Below are positions 30,456 to 40,846 of a stretch of DNA of 64,000 nt, piece after piece (the first letter of the stretch is position 1; the number at the start of each line of letters is the position of its first letter). Source of the stretch: Candidatus Ryanbacteria bacterium CG10_big_fil_rev_8_21_14_0_10_43_42 (GTDB taxonomy: Bacteria; Patescibacteriota; Minisyncoccia; Ryanbacterales; 2-02-FULL-48-12); the NCBI GenBank assembly GCA_002793915.1, contig PFEF01000006.1, positions 97,368-161,367 of the forward strand. Reading direction: 5' to 3'. Made by a program: the position numbers and the translations under genes. The notes under the pieces are model-generated. The model was not told where the DNA came from, did no database searches, and saw nothing but the letters and a program-made list of their open reading frames with translations.

Positions 30456-32219
30456 ATGGATGACAGCGTAGCCTATTTTGCAAAAACAAATTTCCGCAAT
30501 AAAGAGCGGATGTTTGGTATACAAAAAAAAGACCGCCGCCAGCACATGTATGTTATCGGACAGACCGGTACGGGGAAATCGACGTTTCTTAAAAATATTG
30601 CGCTTCAAGATATACGATCGGGGCATGGTATTTGTATTGTTGATCCGCACGGAGAATTTGTGGAAGAAGTTCTCGAAATGATTCCATCGGAGCGCATTCG
30701 AGACGTTATTTATTTTAACCCGGCCGATAGTAATAATCCGGTAGGTTTTAATGTCCTCGAAGTGCCGGAACAGACAACGAATACGGATTACCGTACCATT
30801 GCCGCCTCGGGTCTTATGGGGATTTTTACCAAAATTTGGGCGAATGTCTGGTCATCGCGAATGGAATATATTCTCAATAACGCCGTACTTGCCCTTCTTG
30901 AAATGCCGGGCGCAACGCTTTTGGGTATTCAACGTATTCTTATCGATAAAGAATACCGCAAAGAAGTGCTCTCTCATGTGAAAAACGATCAAGTGCGCGC
31001 TTTTTGGACGCAGGAATACGATTTATGGGAGCCGCGATTTCGTAATGAAGCCATAGCGGCCATTCAAAACAAAGTGGGACAATTTTTATCTTCTCCCCTT
31101 ATTCGTAATATCGTAGGACAGCCAAAAACATCACTTAATCTGTATGATGCGATGAATCAAGAGAAGATTATTTTGGTAAATGTATCGAAGGGGCGTATCG
31201 GGGAAGATAATTCCCAGCTTTTGGGAGCTATGATTATTACCAAAATTCAGTTGGCAGCCATGGAGCGTGTACAAATTCCTGAAGATGATCGGAAGGATTT
31301 TTACTTATATGTTGATGAGTTTCAAAATTTTGCAACGGATTCATTTGCGTCCATTCTTTCCGAGGCGCGTAAATATCGTCTGAATATTATCATTGCTCAT
31401 CAATACATCGGACAACTCGTTACCGAAACAAGCACCAAAGTGCGGGACGCTGTTTTTGGAAACGTGGGCACAATGGTTACGTTTCGCGTGGGTGCTACGG
31501 ATGCGGAGTTTTTGGAAAAAGAATTTGCGCCGGAAGTAACCATTCAGGATTTAGTCGGTCTTCCTAATCATAATATTTTTCTAAAACTTATGATTAACAA
31601 TGTGCGGTGCGCGCCGTTTTCAGCAACAACTCTGCCGCCATTAGCTATTGATACCGAAGAGCGTACAGCGGAAAAAATAATAGAATATTCTCGAAAGACC
31701 TATGCACGTAATAAAGATGAGGTAGAAACGGAAATACGTGCACTAAGCAAGATAATTGATGCCATACCCCAGTCCAAGTCGCATAAGCCGATATCGCCTG
31801 TAAGGTCGGACCACGCACCTGCGCGTCCTGTTATCGTGCCTCGGCGAGAACCGCCCAAACAGCATGAGTCGTATTCTTCATCGCACGTAAAAAAGGAGAA
31901 GGAAGATGTTCCTGTTCCGCAACCAACAAAACCGGTAGAGCCCAAAAAAGTTCTTTCACTGGCATCTCTTCTTCCCAAAAAAGAAGAAAAGAATGACGCT
32001 ACTGATATAAGAAAAGAGTACACATCACGAAAGGAAGAAAAAAAGCCGGAACGGAAAAAGAGGCCGGCAGGTATGACAGATTTAAGAGAAGCTCTTCATC
32101 GCGCACTGCAAAAAAAGAATTCTCCTGTGCGGGAAAACACGCAAACATCTTCGTCAAAAGAAACAAAGCAAGAAGTGCGCGGAGAACGGCTTGAGCCCGG
32201 GCAAAGTGTAAAGCTGTAA
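30456..32219 (+). CDS. FtsK/HerA-superfamily P-loop ATPase (HerA/DUF87- or VirD4/TraG-like) with a disordered K/E/P-rich C-terminal tail
   Basis: Walker A GQTGTGKST, DPHGEF motif, Walker B YLYVDEFQNF and IIAHQ...QL motif. The last 160 aa are low-complexity. Confidence 0.6.
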   Translation: MDDSVAYFAKTNFRNKERMFGIQKKDRRQHMYVIGQTGTGKSTFLKNIALQDIRSGHGICIVDPHGEFVEEVLEMIPSERIRDVIYFNPADSNNPVGFNVLEVPEQTTNTDYRTIAASGLMGIFTKIWANVWSSRMEYILNNAVLALLEMPGATLLGIQRILIDKEYRKEVLSHVKNDQVRAFWTQEYDLWEPRFRNEAIAAIQNKVGQFLSSPLIRNIVGQPKTSLNLYDAMNQEKIILVNVSKGRIGEDNSQLLGAMIITKIQLAAMERVQIPEDDRKDFYLYVDEFQNFATDSFASILSEARKYRLNIIIAHQYIGQLVTETSTKVRDAVFGNVGTMVTFRVGATDAEFLEKEFAPEVTIQDLVGLPNHNIFLKLMINNVRCAPFSATTLPPLAIDTEERTAEKIIEYSRKTYARNKDEVETEIRALSKIIDAIPQSKSHKPISPVRSDHAPARPVIVPRREPPKQHESYSSSHVKKEKEDVPVPQPTKPVEPKKVLSLASLLPKKEEKNDATDIRKEYTSRKEEKKPERKKRPAGMTDLREALHRALQKKNSPVRENTQTSSSKETKQEVRGERLEPGQSVKL

Positions 32220-32235
32220 TACTCTTAGGTACGCG

Positions 32236-32799
32236 TTATGTAACCCGCTCAACGTACGCCCCCGTTTCTGTGTTAATGCGTACGATATCTCCGGGCTCAA
32301 TAAACATGGGAGTATTTATTACAGCCCCTGTTTCGAGAGTAACCTGTTTAACGCCTCCTTGTGCTGTATTTCCCTTTACGGCCGGTGGTGCTTCTTTTAC
32401 GGCAATATCCACTTTTATGGGAAGGACGATATCCAGGAGCTTATCGTTGATGTAGCGTGCGAGTATTTCGGATTGCGGCTTCAAGTATTTTATTTTGTCT
32501 CCCAACGCATCTATTGCTATAACAAAGCGCTCGCCGGGTTTACCGGAGGGGTAAAATGTGCAGGTATCTTTATTGCAAAATACAAAGATAGCGGATTTTT
32601 TCTCTATGGACAACTCCTTAAAGGTGTCCGATTGCTTGAATGTCTGGCTTGATACGGATCCCGTTTTAAGGTTGCGTATTTTTGTTTGTGCCACGGGACG
32701 GCGCTGTTGCATGCGCATAAAATTATACTCAACCACTTCGTAGGGTTCGCCGTTCCATTCGAAAAGAGTTCCTTTTTTTAGCTCGTTATAGTCCAGCAT
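32236..32799 (-). CDS. efp: elongation factor P
   Basis: MLDYNELKKGTLFEWNGEPYEVVEY... is a typical EF-P N-terminus, and the protein is 187 aa. Confidence 0.9.
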   Translation of the reverse strand: MLDYNELKKGTLFEWNGEPYEVVEYNFMRMQQRRPVAQTKIRNLKTGSVSSQTFKQSDTFKELSIEKKSAIFVFCNKDTCTFYPSGKPGERFVIAIDALGDKIKYLKPQSEILARYINDKLLDIVLPIKVDIAVKEAPPAVKGNTAQGGVKQVTLETGAVINTPMFIEPGDIVRINTETGAYVERVT

Positions 32800-32915
32800 T
32801 ATGTTATGTGTAGTTTATAACAATATCTCAAAAATAACGGGATATATTACATGTTGCATACGGTGTATTTTGAGTGCAGGTTGATTTTACGCCATTTTTA
32901 GCTACAATTCAACCT

Positions 32916-34391
32916 ATGGCAGAATCAAGTACAAAAACGGAATATGAAGTCGTTGTTGGTATTGAGGTGCATGCGGAGTTAAATACGCGCACGAAGATGT
33001 TTTGTTCATCCCGGAATGATCCGCATGAGTCTCATCCCAATATGAATATTTGTCCGGTATGTATGGGGCATCCCGGGACATTGCCGGTTATTAACAGGGA
33101 AGCTGTAATGAAGGTTATTCGGGTTGGACTTGCTTTGAGAGGAGAAATTAATGCGTTTTCACAATTTGACCGTAAGAATTACTTTTATCCTGACTTGCCA
33201 AAAGGATATCAGATATCACAGTTTGAATATCCCATCGTAACGGGGGGCATGTTAGACGGTGTTCATATAACGCGTGTTCACTTGGAGGAAGATGCCGGAC
33301 GGCTTCAGCACATGCCGGACAACACGCTCGTGGACTATAACCGTGCCGGCGTGCCTCTTATGGAACTAGTAACGGAGCCGGATATTCGTTCCGCCGCGGA
33401 TGCAAAACATTTTGCAGAAGAGCTTCGCGCGCTTCTTCGATATGTCGGTGCGTCGGATGCCGATATGGAAAAGGGGCAAATGCGCATAGAAGCAAATATC
33501 AGTTTGCGTCCCAAAGGAGAAGAAGTATTCGGCACGAAGGTGGAAGTTAAAAATATTAATTCATTCCGTGCGGTAGAGAAAGCTATTGAATATGAAATGG
33601 ACCGACAGGCTGTATTATTGGATGCGGGAGAGAATATAACACAGGAAACGCGCGGATGGAATGACGTAAAGGGGATAACGGTATCTCAACGTAAGAAGGA
33701 AGGGTCGTCCGATTATCGCTACTTTCCGGAGCCGGACTTACCGCCTCTCCATCTTACCAAAGAGGAAGGATGGGACATTGAGGCTATTCGAAATACATTA
33801 CCGGAACTCCCCGCGGAAAAGCGAGAGCGTTTTTCAAAACAGTACCCTATAAATGAAAAACAGCGCGAAACACTTATCGCCGATAAAGCATATGCGGATT
33901 ATTTTGAGCAGGCGGCATCGGAACTTCGTGAATGGCTGAACGGCAAACAAGAATCGAAAGGTGAAGAAAGGGCTATTACGCTCTTGGCGAATTATCTTAC
34001 ATCGGACGTTCAGGCTCTGATGATTGAAAAAAGTGCACACATATCACAAATTCTCATAACACCGGAGAATCTTGCCGAGCTTGTAAAAATGATTTTCACC
34101 AATGAAATATCCTCACGAGTAGCAAAAGATGTGCTCATGCGCATGTTTGCCGATGGGTCCGATCCGTCCGTTATTGTACACGAAGAAGGGCTTGCGCAGG
34201 TGAGCGACGCGGGCGCTCTCGAGACGGTTGCAAAAGAAGTTGTAGAGGAGAACGTAAAGATGGCGGAAGATTATAAGAACGGGAAAGAACCTGCTTTGCA
34301 GGCGCTAGTCGGAAAAGTAATGGCAAAAACAAAGGGAGCCGCCAATCCGCAGGTGGTACGAGACGTATTGACGCAATTATTACAGGAGTAA
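32916..34391 (+). CDS. gatB: Asp/Glu-tRNA(Asn/Gln) amidotransferase subunit B
   Basis: YEVVVGIEVHAELNTRTKMFC... and a GatB/YqeY tail. The ORF track starts at 32874; the ATG at 32916 fits the family. Confidence 0.9.
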   Translation: MAESSTKTEYEVVVGIEVHAELNTRTKMFCSSRNDPHESHPNMNICPVCMGHPGTLPVINREAVMKVIRVGLALRGEINAFSQFDRKNYFYPDLPKGYQISQFEYPIVTGGMLDGVHITRVHLEEDAGRLQHMPDNTLVDYNRAGVPLMELVTEPDIRSAADAKHFAEELRALLRYVGASDADMEKGQMRIEANISLRPKGEEVFGTKVEVKNINSFRAVEKAIEYEMDRQAVLLDAGENITQETRGWNDVKGITVSQRKKEGSSDYRYFPEPDLPPLHLTKEEGWDIEAIRNTLPELPAEKRERFSKQYPINEKQRETLIADKAYADYFEQAASELREWLNGKQESKGEERAITLLANYLTSDVQALMIEKSAHISQILITPENLAELVKMIFTNEISSRVAKDVLMRMFADGSDPSVIVHEEGLAQVSDAGALETVAKEVVEENVKMAEDYKNGKEPALQALVGKVMAKTKGAANPQVVRDVLTQLLQE

Positions 34392-34462
34392 TATTATGCA
34401 TGCATGAGTCTTCGACGCCTCCTCATCATAAGAGGAAAGTAGGCGGAACGACCATTATAGCG

Positions 34463-34489
34463 GAGGCATGGTTATCGTAACCATGCCTC
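34463..34489. terminator. perfect 12 bp hairpin between the convergent gatB and miaA genes
   Basis: gaggcatggtta-tcg-taaccatgcctc. Confidence 0.4.
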
Positions 34490-34570
34490 ATTTACGTCTA
34501 GATTACTTATTGCATAAGTTTAAGCTCTGCTGGGTATGCTGGAAGGGGTGTTGCATGTATGTAACGCCTT

Positions 34571-35509
34571 TTAATATGCAAGAAATACCTGTATAAGATC
34601 TTCCGCTTCTTCTTGGCTGGAAATCCATCGAATATTTTTATCTCTCTTAAACCATGTCATTTGGCGTTTTGCGTATTGCCAGTTTTTTTGTATGAGAACA
34701 TGCTCCAGCTCTTGTAAGCTTCCGAAGACCTCATTCTCGGGAGCTTTTAAATACTCCAATGCATAAGAATATTCAAAGCCAAGTTCGCGGATGCGTTCTT
34801 TTGGTATGCCGTTTTTTATAAGACTCTGCACTTCATTAATGAGGCCGTTTTCCAGCATGTCATGCACCATATGAGTAATGCGTTTTTTTGTTTCTTCTTC
34901 GGTTCGTTTTATACCGAGCATAAGCGTGTTATATTGCGGATCCTTTTTTATGAGAGGGACCGATCCGAGTGCCGTTGTAATTTCTATCGCGCGTATAAGG
35001 CGCCGTGGATTATCAGGATCAATAGCGTCCGCACGCGCCGGATCGCATTTTTGCAGGAGTGCAAAAAGTTCTTTCGTTGTTTTTTCGGATAAGTCTTCAC
35101 GGAGTTTTTTATTGGGAGGTACTTTCGGCGGTACGATGCCGTATACAACGGCATCTATATAGAGTCCGGTACCGCCAACGAGGAAGGGTGTTTTGTCGCG
35201 CGAGAGAATGTCTTTTATTGCTTTGTCGGCACAGTTTTTAAATTCAGCGACTGTATATGTTTCTTTTGGATCTATAAAATCAATGCAATAATGGGGAATA
35301 TTCTTATAGGTGAATGTCGTTTTTTCCATTCCATCTCTTTTTTGCCATTGCCCGGAAATTTTATTCGTACCAATAGCAAGGTCTCTATACACTTGCCGGG
35401 AGTCAGCCGATATAATTTCACCGTCATATTTTTTAGCCAAAAAAACCGCCAACTCGGATTTTCCGGATGCGGTTGGTCCTACGATTGCAATAAGGGAGCG
35501 TGCCGGCAT
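34571..35509 (-). CDS. miaA: tRNA dimethylallyltransferase
   Basis: P-loop IVGPTASGKS and SADSRQVYRDLAIGTNK. Confidence 0.85.
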   Translation of the reverse strand: MPARSLIAIVGPTASGKSELAVFLAKKYDGEIISADSRQVYRDLAIGTNKISGQWQKRDGMEKTTFTYKNIPHYCIDFIDPKETYTVAEFKNCADKAIKDILSRDKTPFLVGGTGLYIDAVVYGIVPPKVPPNKKLREDLSEKTTKELFALLQKCDPARADAIDPDNPRRLIRAIEITTALGSVPLIKKDPQYNTLMLGIKRTEEETKKRITHMVHDMLENGLINEVQSLIKNGIPKERIRELGFEYSYALEYLKAPENEVFGSLQELEHVLIQKNWQYAKRQMTWFKRDKNIRWISSQEEAEDLIQVFLAY

Positions 35510-35515
35510 TTTTAT

Positions 35516-37261
35516 CTACAAAATATGTTCAAATTTTTTAAGCAGTGCGTCAATTTTTTGTACGCCGCCGTCTTTATTGCCATGTTCGCGTACGCTCACC
35601 GTTTCGGCATCTTTTTCTTTTTCACCGATAATAAGAAGATAAGGAATCTTTTCTTTTTCGCCCTCGCGGATTTTTTTACCGATAGATTCATTGCGCGTAT
35701 CAAGTTCCACACGAATATTATGTTCTACAAGTTTTTGCATAACGGTATGGGCATAGTCATGTACTTTGTCGTTTATTGAAAGTACTTTTACCTGAACCGG
35801 CGCGAGCCAGAATGGAAATGCACCGGCGTAATGCTCAATTAAGAGTCCGAAAAAACGCTCGGGAGATCCGGTAATGGCGCTATGCACCATAACGGGGCGC
35901 CGTTTTTTGCCTTTTTCATCGATATATTCGAGATTAAAGCGTTCCGGCTGATTGAAATCTATTTGAATGGTGGAAATTTGCCATTCCCGTGCGAGTGCGT
36001 CTTTCACAATAAGATCCATTTTAGGGCCGTAAAAAGCCGCTTCGCCTTCTGCGGTAACAAAGTCTATGGCATTATTTTTAAGAAGTTTTTTGAGTGTTGC
36101 CTGTGATTTTTTCCATACGGCATCAGTGCCAAGATATCCTTCTTTATTTTTTTCATCACGAAGGGATAGGCGGATATAATAAGAAAGCCCGTAGCGCTTC
36201 ATGGCAGTATTAATGCTGGTAAGAACATTTTTAAATTCTTGTTCTACTTGATCTTCCCGTAGAAATGCGTGTCCGTCATCCTGGGAAAAGGATCGAAGGC
36301 GAGTAAGACCGGAAAGCTCTCCCGGTTTTTCATCCCGATAAAGAAGAGAGAAGTCGGCATAACGAACGGGCAGATCCTTATAGCTCCGTATTTCCGAAGC
36401 ATAAATTTGCGTATGCTGGGGACAATTCATGGGCTTTAGAAAATACGCTTCTTTTGAATAGTTTGATGATACATGAAACATATCATCCTTGAACTTTTCA
36501 TAATGTCCCGAATTCATGAAAAGTTTGTCTTTATTTATTTGGGGTGTTTGCACTTCTTCATACCCGATTTCGGTACGAAGCGCATGCGAGAAGTTTTTAA
36601 TGCGACGCAATATACCGGCGCCCTTGGGGGTGTAAAGAGGAAGACCGGGACCAACTATGTCCGAAAATACAAAAAGTCCAAGCTCGCGGCCGAGTTTTCT
36701 ATGATCGCGCCGTACGGCCTCTTCCAAAAGCATAAGGTGGTCTTCCAGTTCTTTTACTGTTGAAAATGCCACGCCGTATATGCGGGTAAGTTGGGGATTT
36801 TTTTCATCACCGCGCCAGTATGCCCCTGCGAGTTTCAAAAGCTTGAACGCATCGGGATTGATTTCCTTTGTGTTTTTAACATGTCCGCCCTTGCAAAGAT
36901 CCACAAAATTACCGGTTGTATATGCGGTTAAATCTTTTTTATCTTTCGTGAATTCTTTTATTAAATCAAGTTTAAACGGTTGGTTTTTAAAAAGAGAACG
37001 CGCTTTTTGGGGAGTAATTTTTTCGCTGGAGAACGGAAGATTTTCATTGATAATTTCTCGCATGCGTTTTTCAATGGCAGGAAGCTCATCTTCGCTTATT
37101 GGTTTGGAAAATTTAATATCGTAGTAAAAACCGGTATCAATAGCGGGTCCAATGCCCAGCTCCGCCTTGGGATACTTTTCCAAAACGGCGGTGGCCAAAA
37201 TATGCGCCAGTGAGTGGCGGATATGCTCTATATTGGTGTTCGATTTTTTGTTTTGAGTCAT
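35516..37261 (-). CDS. thrS: threonyl-tRNA synthetase (lacking the N-terminal TGS domain)
   Basis: HxxxH editing-domain motif (HIRHSLAHIL), a class II core and an anticodon-binding tail. 581 aa. Confidence 0.8.
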   Translation of the reverse strand: MTQNKKSNTNIEHIRHSLAHILATAVLEKYPKAELGIGPAIDTGFYYDIKFSKPISEDELPAIEKRMREIINENLPFSSEKITPQKARSLFKNQPFKLDLIKEFTKDKKDLTAYTTGNFVDLCKGGHVKNTKEINPDAFKLLKLAGAYWRGDEKNPQLTRIYGVAFSTVKELEDHLMLLEEAVRRDHRKLGRELGLFVFSDIVGPGLPLYTPKGAGILRRIKNFSHALRTEIGYEEVQTPQINKDKLFMNSGHYEKFKDDMFHVSSNYSKEAYFLKPMNCPQHTQIYASEIRSYKDLPVRYADFSLLYRDEKPGELSGLTRLRSFSQDDGHAFLREDQVEQEFKNVLTSINTAMKRYGLSYYIRLSLRDEKNKEGYLGTDAVWKKSQATLKKLLKNNAIDFVTAEGEAAFYGPKMDLIVKDALAREWQISTIQIDFNQPERFNLEYIDEKGKKRRPVMVHSAITGSPERFFGLLIEHYAGAFPFWLAPVQVKVLSINDKVHDYAHTVMQKLVEHNIRVELDTRNESIGKKIREGEKEKIPYLLIIGEKEKDAETVSVREHGNKDGGVQKIDALLKKFEHIL

Positions 37262-37317
37262 GGGTGGATTGTAGCAAAAATTGAGAGAAAGGGAATATCG
37301 GCATTTTTTATCCTTAG

Positions 37318-40300
37318 CTATACCATAACTATAATTTCGTCGCAGATAATGGAAGTTTCACCCTCCCGTTCGTTTGTTTTTCCTTTTATGGATATGCAAT
37401 TTTCTTCTTTTAAGTGTTCGCCATATTTTTTAAGCGCACTGGGGAATACGACAGCTTCGATGGTATCGGACAGATCCTCAATGCGAAGGAATGCCATGGT
37501 GTCTCCTTTTTTCGTGAGAATTTTTTTCATGTTTGAAATAAGCCCCGCCGTTGTAATGGCGGCACCGGAGCGGAATTGTTTTACGGTCGCTATGCTGGAA
37601 TTCGATCGCGGAATTTTTTCTTTGAATGGATCAAGCGGATGTCCGGATACATACAATCCCAAGAGTTCCTTTTCCCAGCGAAGGCGTTCGGTCATAGACG
37701 CGGCTTCTACGGACGGAAGGCGGAGAAGAGGTGCTGTTTGTTCGGCGGGAAGAAGGGTAAACAGGGAAGACTGATTTTGCATTTTTGCCCTGCCGGCTTC
37801 ACGTACATAATCCAAAATGGCATCCATATTAAGAAGTATGCGATTACGTTCCTCCAGATCATCAAACGTACCCGATTTTACGAGTGCCTCAAGGGATTTT
37901 TTATTGATGGTGCCCGCATTCATCCGGTTAAGAAAGTCTTCAAACGAAGTGAATACGCCGCCGGCTTTGCGTTCTTCTATAATGGCATCCGTAGTATTAC
38001 TGCCTAAATTTTTAATGGCGGCAAATCCGAAGCGTATTTCATGTTCGGATACGATGGTAAAATCTCTATTGCTGGCATTTATGCTCGGTGGGGATACTGT
38101 TATATTAATGTTTTTGCATTCGCCTACCAAAAAAGCCATACGCTCAACATTTTTAGCATCGGCATTCATAATGGCGGCCATAAATTCTGCCGGATAGTGT
38201 ACTTTAAGATATGCGGTTTGGTATGCAATAAGTGCATAACACGCCGCATGACTGCGGTTAAAACCATATCGGGCGAATGGCGGAAATAATTCCCATATGG
38301 CTTCGGCGGTTTCTTTCGGAATATCATTTTTCACCATGCCCGATATAAGTTTTTCTTGCTGTTCGGCAAGGAGATCCACAATTTTTTTACCGATTGCCTT
38401 TCGGAGCGTATCGGCTTCGGCAAGTGTGAAGCCGGCAAGGTCGCGCGCTATACGCATCATTTGTTCCTGATAGATACCAATGCCATAGGTACTGCGAAGT
38501 ATGGGTTCCAGTTTGGGGTGCAGATGGGTAATTTTTTCCTCTCCGTGTTTTCGCTTAATGTATGATGGAATAAGTTCCATCGGGCCGGGACGATATAAGG
38601 AAACCATGGCAATAAGATCTTCAAATTCACTCGGACGAAGTTCTTTTAAGTATCTGCGCATACCTGCCGATTCAAACTGAAAGAATCCCGTCGTTTCTCC
38701 GCTTTTAAAAGGTTCAAATACACGCTCATCATCCAGAGGGATATCGTCAATTACAAGGGTAACGCCATGGCGTTCTTTAATGCGCAAAAGAGCATCTTCA
38801 ATAATGCTTAAGTTGGCAAGACCGAGAAAATCCACTTTCAAAAGTCCCAAATCTTCCACGGCATGCATTTCGTACTGCGTAACAAGCGATTTTGCCGATT
38901 CTTCTCCGCCGCCGCTGGTGGCATACTGAAGCGGCATAACGTCCGTCAGGGAATCTTTGGTAATAACAACACCGCACGCATGCGTGGAGGCGTGCCGCAC
39001 AACGCCTTCCAGTTTTTTAGCGGCATCCAGAAGTTCTTTTGTTTGCGGATCTTTTTTGTATAATTCTTCCAATTCGGCAACTTCGGCGAGAGCTTTTTCA
39101 AGACCGTATCCAAACGGGATGAGTTTTGCAATGCGGTCACAGAATCCATATGGAAGCCCCATAGCGCGTCCGGTGTCCCGTATAGCGGCTCGTGCCGCCA
39201 TGGTGCCAAAGGTGATAATTTGCGCCACATGGTCGCGCCCGTATTTTCGGGAAACATATTCAATAACTTCATCACGGCGTGTATCGGCAAAATCCAGGTC
39301 AATATCGGGTGGACTGATGCGGTCCGGATTCATAAACCGCTCAAAGAGAAGATTATAATAAATAGGGTCAACGTTCGTGATGCCGAGAATATACGCCACT
39401 ATGGATCCGGCGGCGGAACCGCGTCCGGGACCCACTACAATACCTTGATCTTTCGCCCAATTTACGAAATCCTGCACCATCAGAAAATAGGTGGTAAATC
39501 CGGTTTTCTCAAATACGGAAAGCTCATAGTGCATGCGGTCATAAATTTCCTTTGCAGGTTCGGGGTATCGGTTTTTAATACGACTTTCACACATTTCTTT
39601 AAGATATTCGGCATCTGTTTTTCCATCGGGGATAGGGTAATGGGGAAGTTGTATGGTGCCGAGCTCAAGTTTGAGATTGCATTTTTCTGCAACACGCAGA
39701 GTATTTTCAACAGCCTCCGGTATATGAGGAAATAATTCCTTCATTTCTTCCGGTGCCCGCACGGAATAATCATCCGATTTCATAGACATACGATTTGGAT
39801 CACCCACGTGGGAGTTTGTTTGTATGGCGAGAAGCACGTCATGAGCGGCGGCATCTTCGGTATGGAGATAATGCGCATCCTGCGTTGCAACGAGGGGTAT
39901 GGCGTTTGCGCGCGCGAATACGATAAGATCATCCACTACTTTTGGGTAATTCGGTACATTGGGATGATTGCCGATTTCAATATAAAAATTATCCGCACCG
40001 AAAATACTTCTATATTCGTCGGCAAGCTCTTTAGCTCTTTCTTGATCGTTTATTAAAAGGGCTTGCGGAATCTCGCCCGACAAACATCCCGAAAGGGCGA
40101 TAAGGCCGTCGGCATGTTTCTTAAGAAGATTCTTGTCCATGCGGGGTTTGTAGTAATAGCCCTCCAGATTAGATGCCGTTACAAGTTTAAGAAGGTTTTT
40201 GTACCCGGTTTGATTTTTTGCCAACAAGATAAGATGAAAGCGCTTATCATCAATGCCGGCAATCTTACTCGTCATGTCGCCCGCCGTTATATATGCCTCC

Positions 40301-40494
40301 ACACCGATAATGGGTTTAATACCTGCCTTGGTTGCTTTCTGATAAAATTCAATGGCGCCGTACAAATTGCCATGATCCGTAAGGGCAAGTGCCGGCATGT
40401 TCTTTTCTTTTGCGTGTGCGACAAGTTCATCGATCTTAGAGAGACCGTCGAGGAGACTGTAGTGGGAGTGGGTATGCAGATGTACAAATGACAT
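37318..40494 (-). CDS. dnaE: DNA polymerase III alpha subunit
   Basis: PHP domain start MSFVHLHTHSHYSLLDG and a polymerase core. 1058 aa. Confidence 0.95.
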   Translation of the reverse strand: MSFVHLHTHSHYSLLDGLSKIDELVAHAKEKNMPALALTDHGNLYGAIEFYQKATKAGIKPIIGVEAYITAGDMTSKIAGIDDKRFHLILLAKNQTGYKNLLKLVTASNLEGYYYKPRMDKNLLKKHADGLIALSGCLSGEIPQALLINDQERAKELADEYRSIFGADNFYIEIGNHPNVPNYPKVVDDLIVFARANAIPLVATQDAHYLHTEDAAAHDVLLAIQTNSHVGDPNRMSMKSDDYSVRAPEEMKELFPHIPEAVENTLRVAEKCNLKLELGTIQLPHYPIPDGKTDAEYLKEMCESRIKNRYPEPAKEIYDRMHYELSVFEKTGFTTYFLMVQDFVNWAKDQGIVVGPGRGSAAGSIVAYILGITNVDPIYYNLLFERFMNPDRISPPDIDLDFADTRRDEVIEYVSRKYGRDHVAQIITFGTMAARAAIRDTGRAMGLPYGFCDRIAKLIPFGYGLEKALAEVAELEELYKKDPQTKELLDAAKKLEGVVRHASTHACGVVITKDSLTDVMPLQYATSGGGEESAKSLVTQYEMHAVEDLGLLKVDFLGLANLSIIEDALLRIKERHGVTLVIDDIPLDDERVFEPFKSGETTGFFQFESAGMRRYLKELRPSEFEDLIAMVSLYRPGPMELIPSYIKRKHGEEKITHLHPKLEPILRSTYGIGIYQEQMMRIARDLAGFTLAEADTLRKAIGKKIVDLLAEQQEKLISGMVKNDIPKETAEAIWELFPPFARYGFNRSHAACYALIAYQTAYLKVHYPAEFMAAIMNADAKNVERMAFLVGECKNINITVSPPSINASNRDFTIVSEHEIRFGFAAIKNLGSNTTDAIIEERKAGGVFTSFEDFLNRMNAGTINKKSLEALVKSGTFDDLEERNRILLNMDAILDYVREAGRAKMQNQSSLFTLLPAEQTAPLLRLPSVEAASMTERLRWEKELLGLYVSGHPLDPFKEKIPRSNSSIATVKQFRSGAAITTAGLISNMKKILTKKGDTMAFLRIEDLSDTIEAVVFPSALKKYGEHLKEENCISIKGKTNEREGETSIICDEIIVMV

Positions 40495-40511
40495 AATTTT
40501 TCGATTCCTAT

Positions 40512-40615
40512 ATTTGGCGCGCTACTGCGTTGCAAGCTCCAGGGGCTCGACACCGTATACCCGATACGGCTTTCTCGCCGCTTCGCTTGCGCCTTGTATC
40601 GCATCCAAATCTAGA
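40512..40615 (-). ncRNA. candidate structured 5' leader or small RNA upstream of dnaE
   Basis: Nested complementary segments: atttgg/ccaaat, gcaagc/gcttgc and ccgtat-accc-gatacgg. GC-rich relative to its surroundings. No known family was recognised. Confidence 0.2.
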
Positions 40616-40846
40616 AATCTCTTAGTTTAGTTAAGGTCTCTGATTATTTTACCTTCGCGCCCTTGTCTATCCGGTAGGTAGGTTGAGTTTCATCCAAACA
40701 TGCGAATCCTTACAATAATGAAAATAAGATTACTCGAATATATTTATTGTAAGTTAAATTTGAAAGAATTTCATCTTTCTATTATAAACAATCGTATACG
40801 GTAATTTTTATTGACTATGGTATCTATGGGCGTATAGTATAGGCAT

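Noticed and set aside
35291-35779. 162 aa plus-strand ORF spanning the miaA/thrS junction.
   Set aside because: It is antisense to two well-supported minus-strand genes.
37576-40491. Multiple plus-strand ORFs of 66-171 aa.
   Set aside because: All are antisense or out-of-frame within dnaE.
40287-40604. 105 aa minus-strand ORF across the dnaE start and leader.
   Set aside because: It is out of frame with dnaE and covers the structured GC-rich leader, so it is likely non-coding.
40495-40700. Possible tmRNA, SRP RNA or RNase P RNA in the dnaE upstream spacer.
   Set aside because: None of the conserved motifs of these RNAs could be found by eye. The tmRNA tRNA-like ends, the SRP domain IV GNAR/AGGAAG and the RNase P GGAAAGUCCGG are all absent. 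It is retained only as a generic structured leader.
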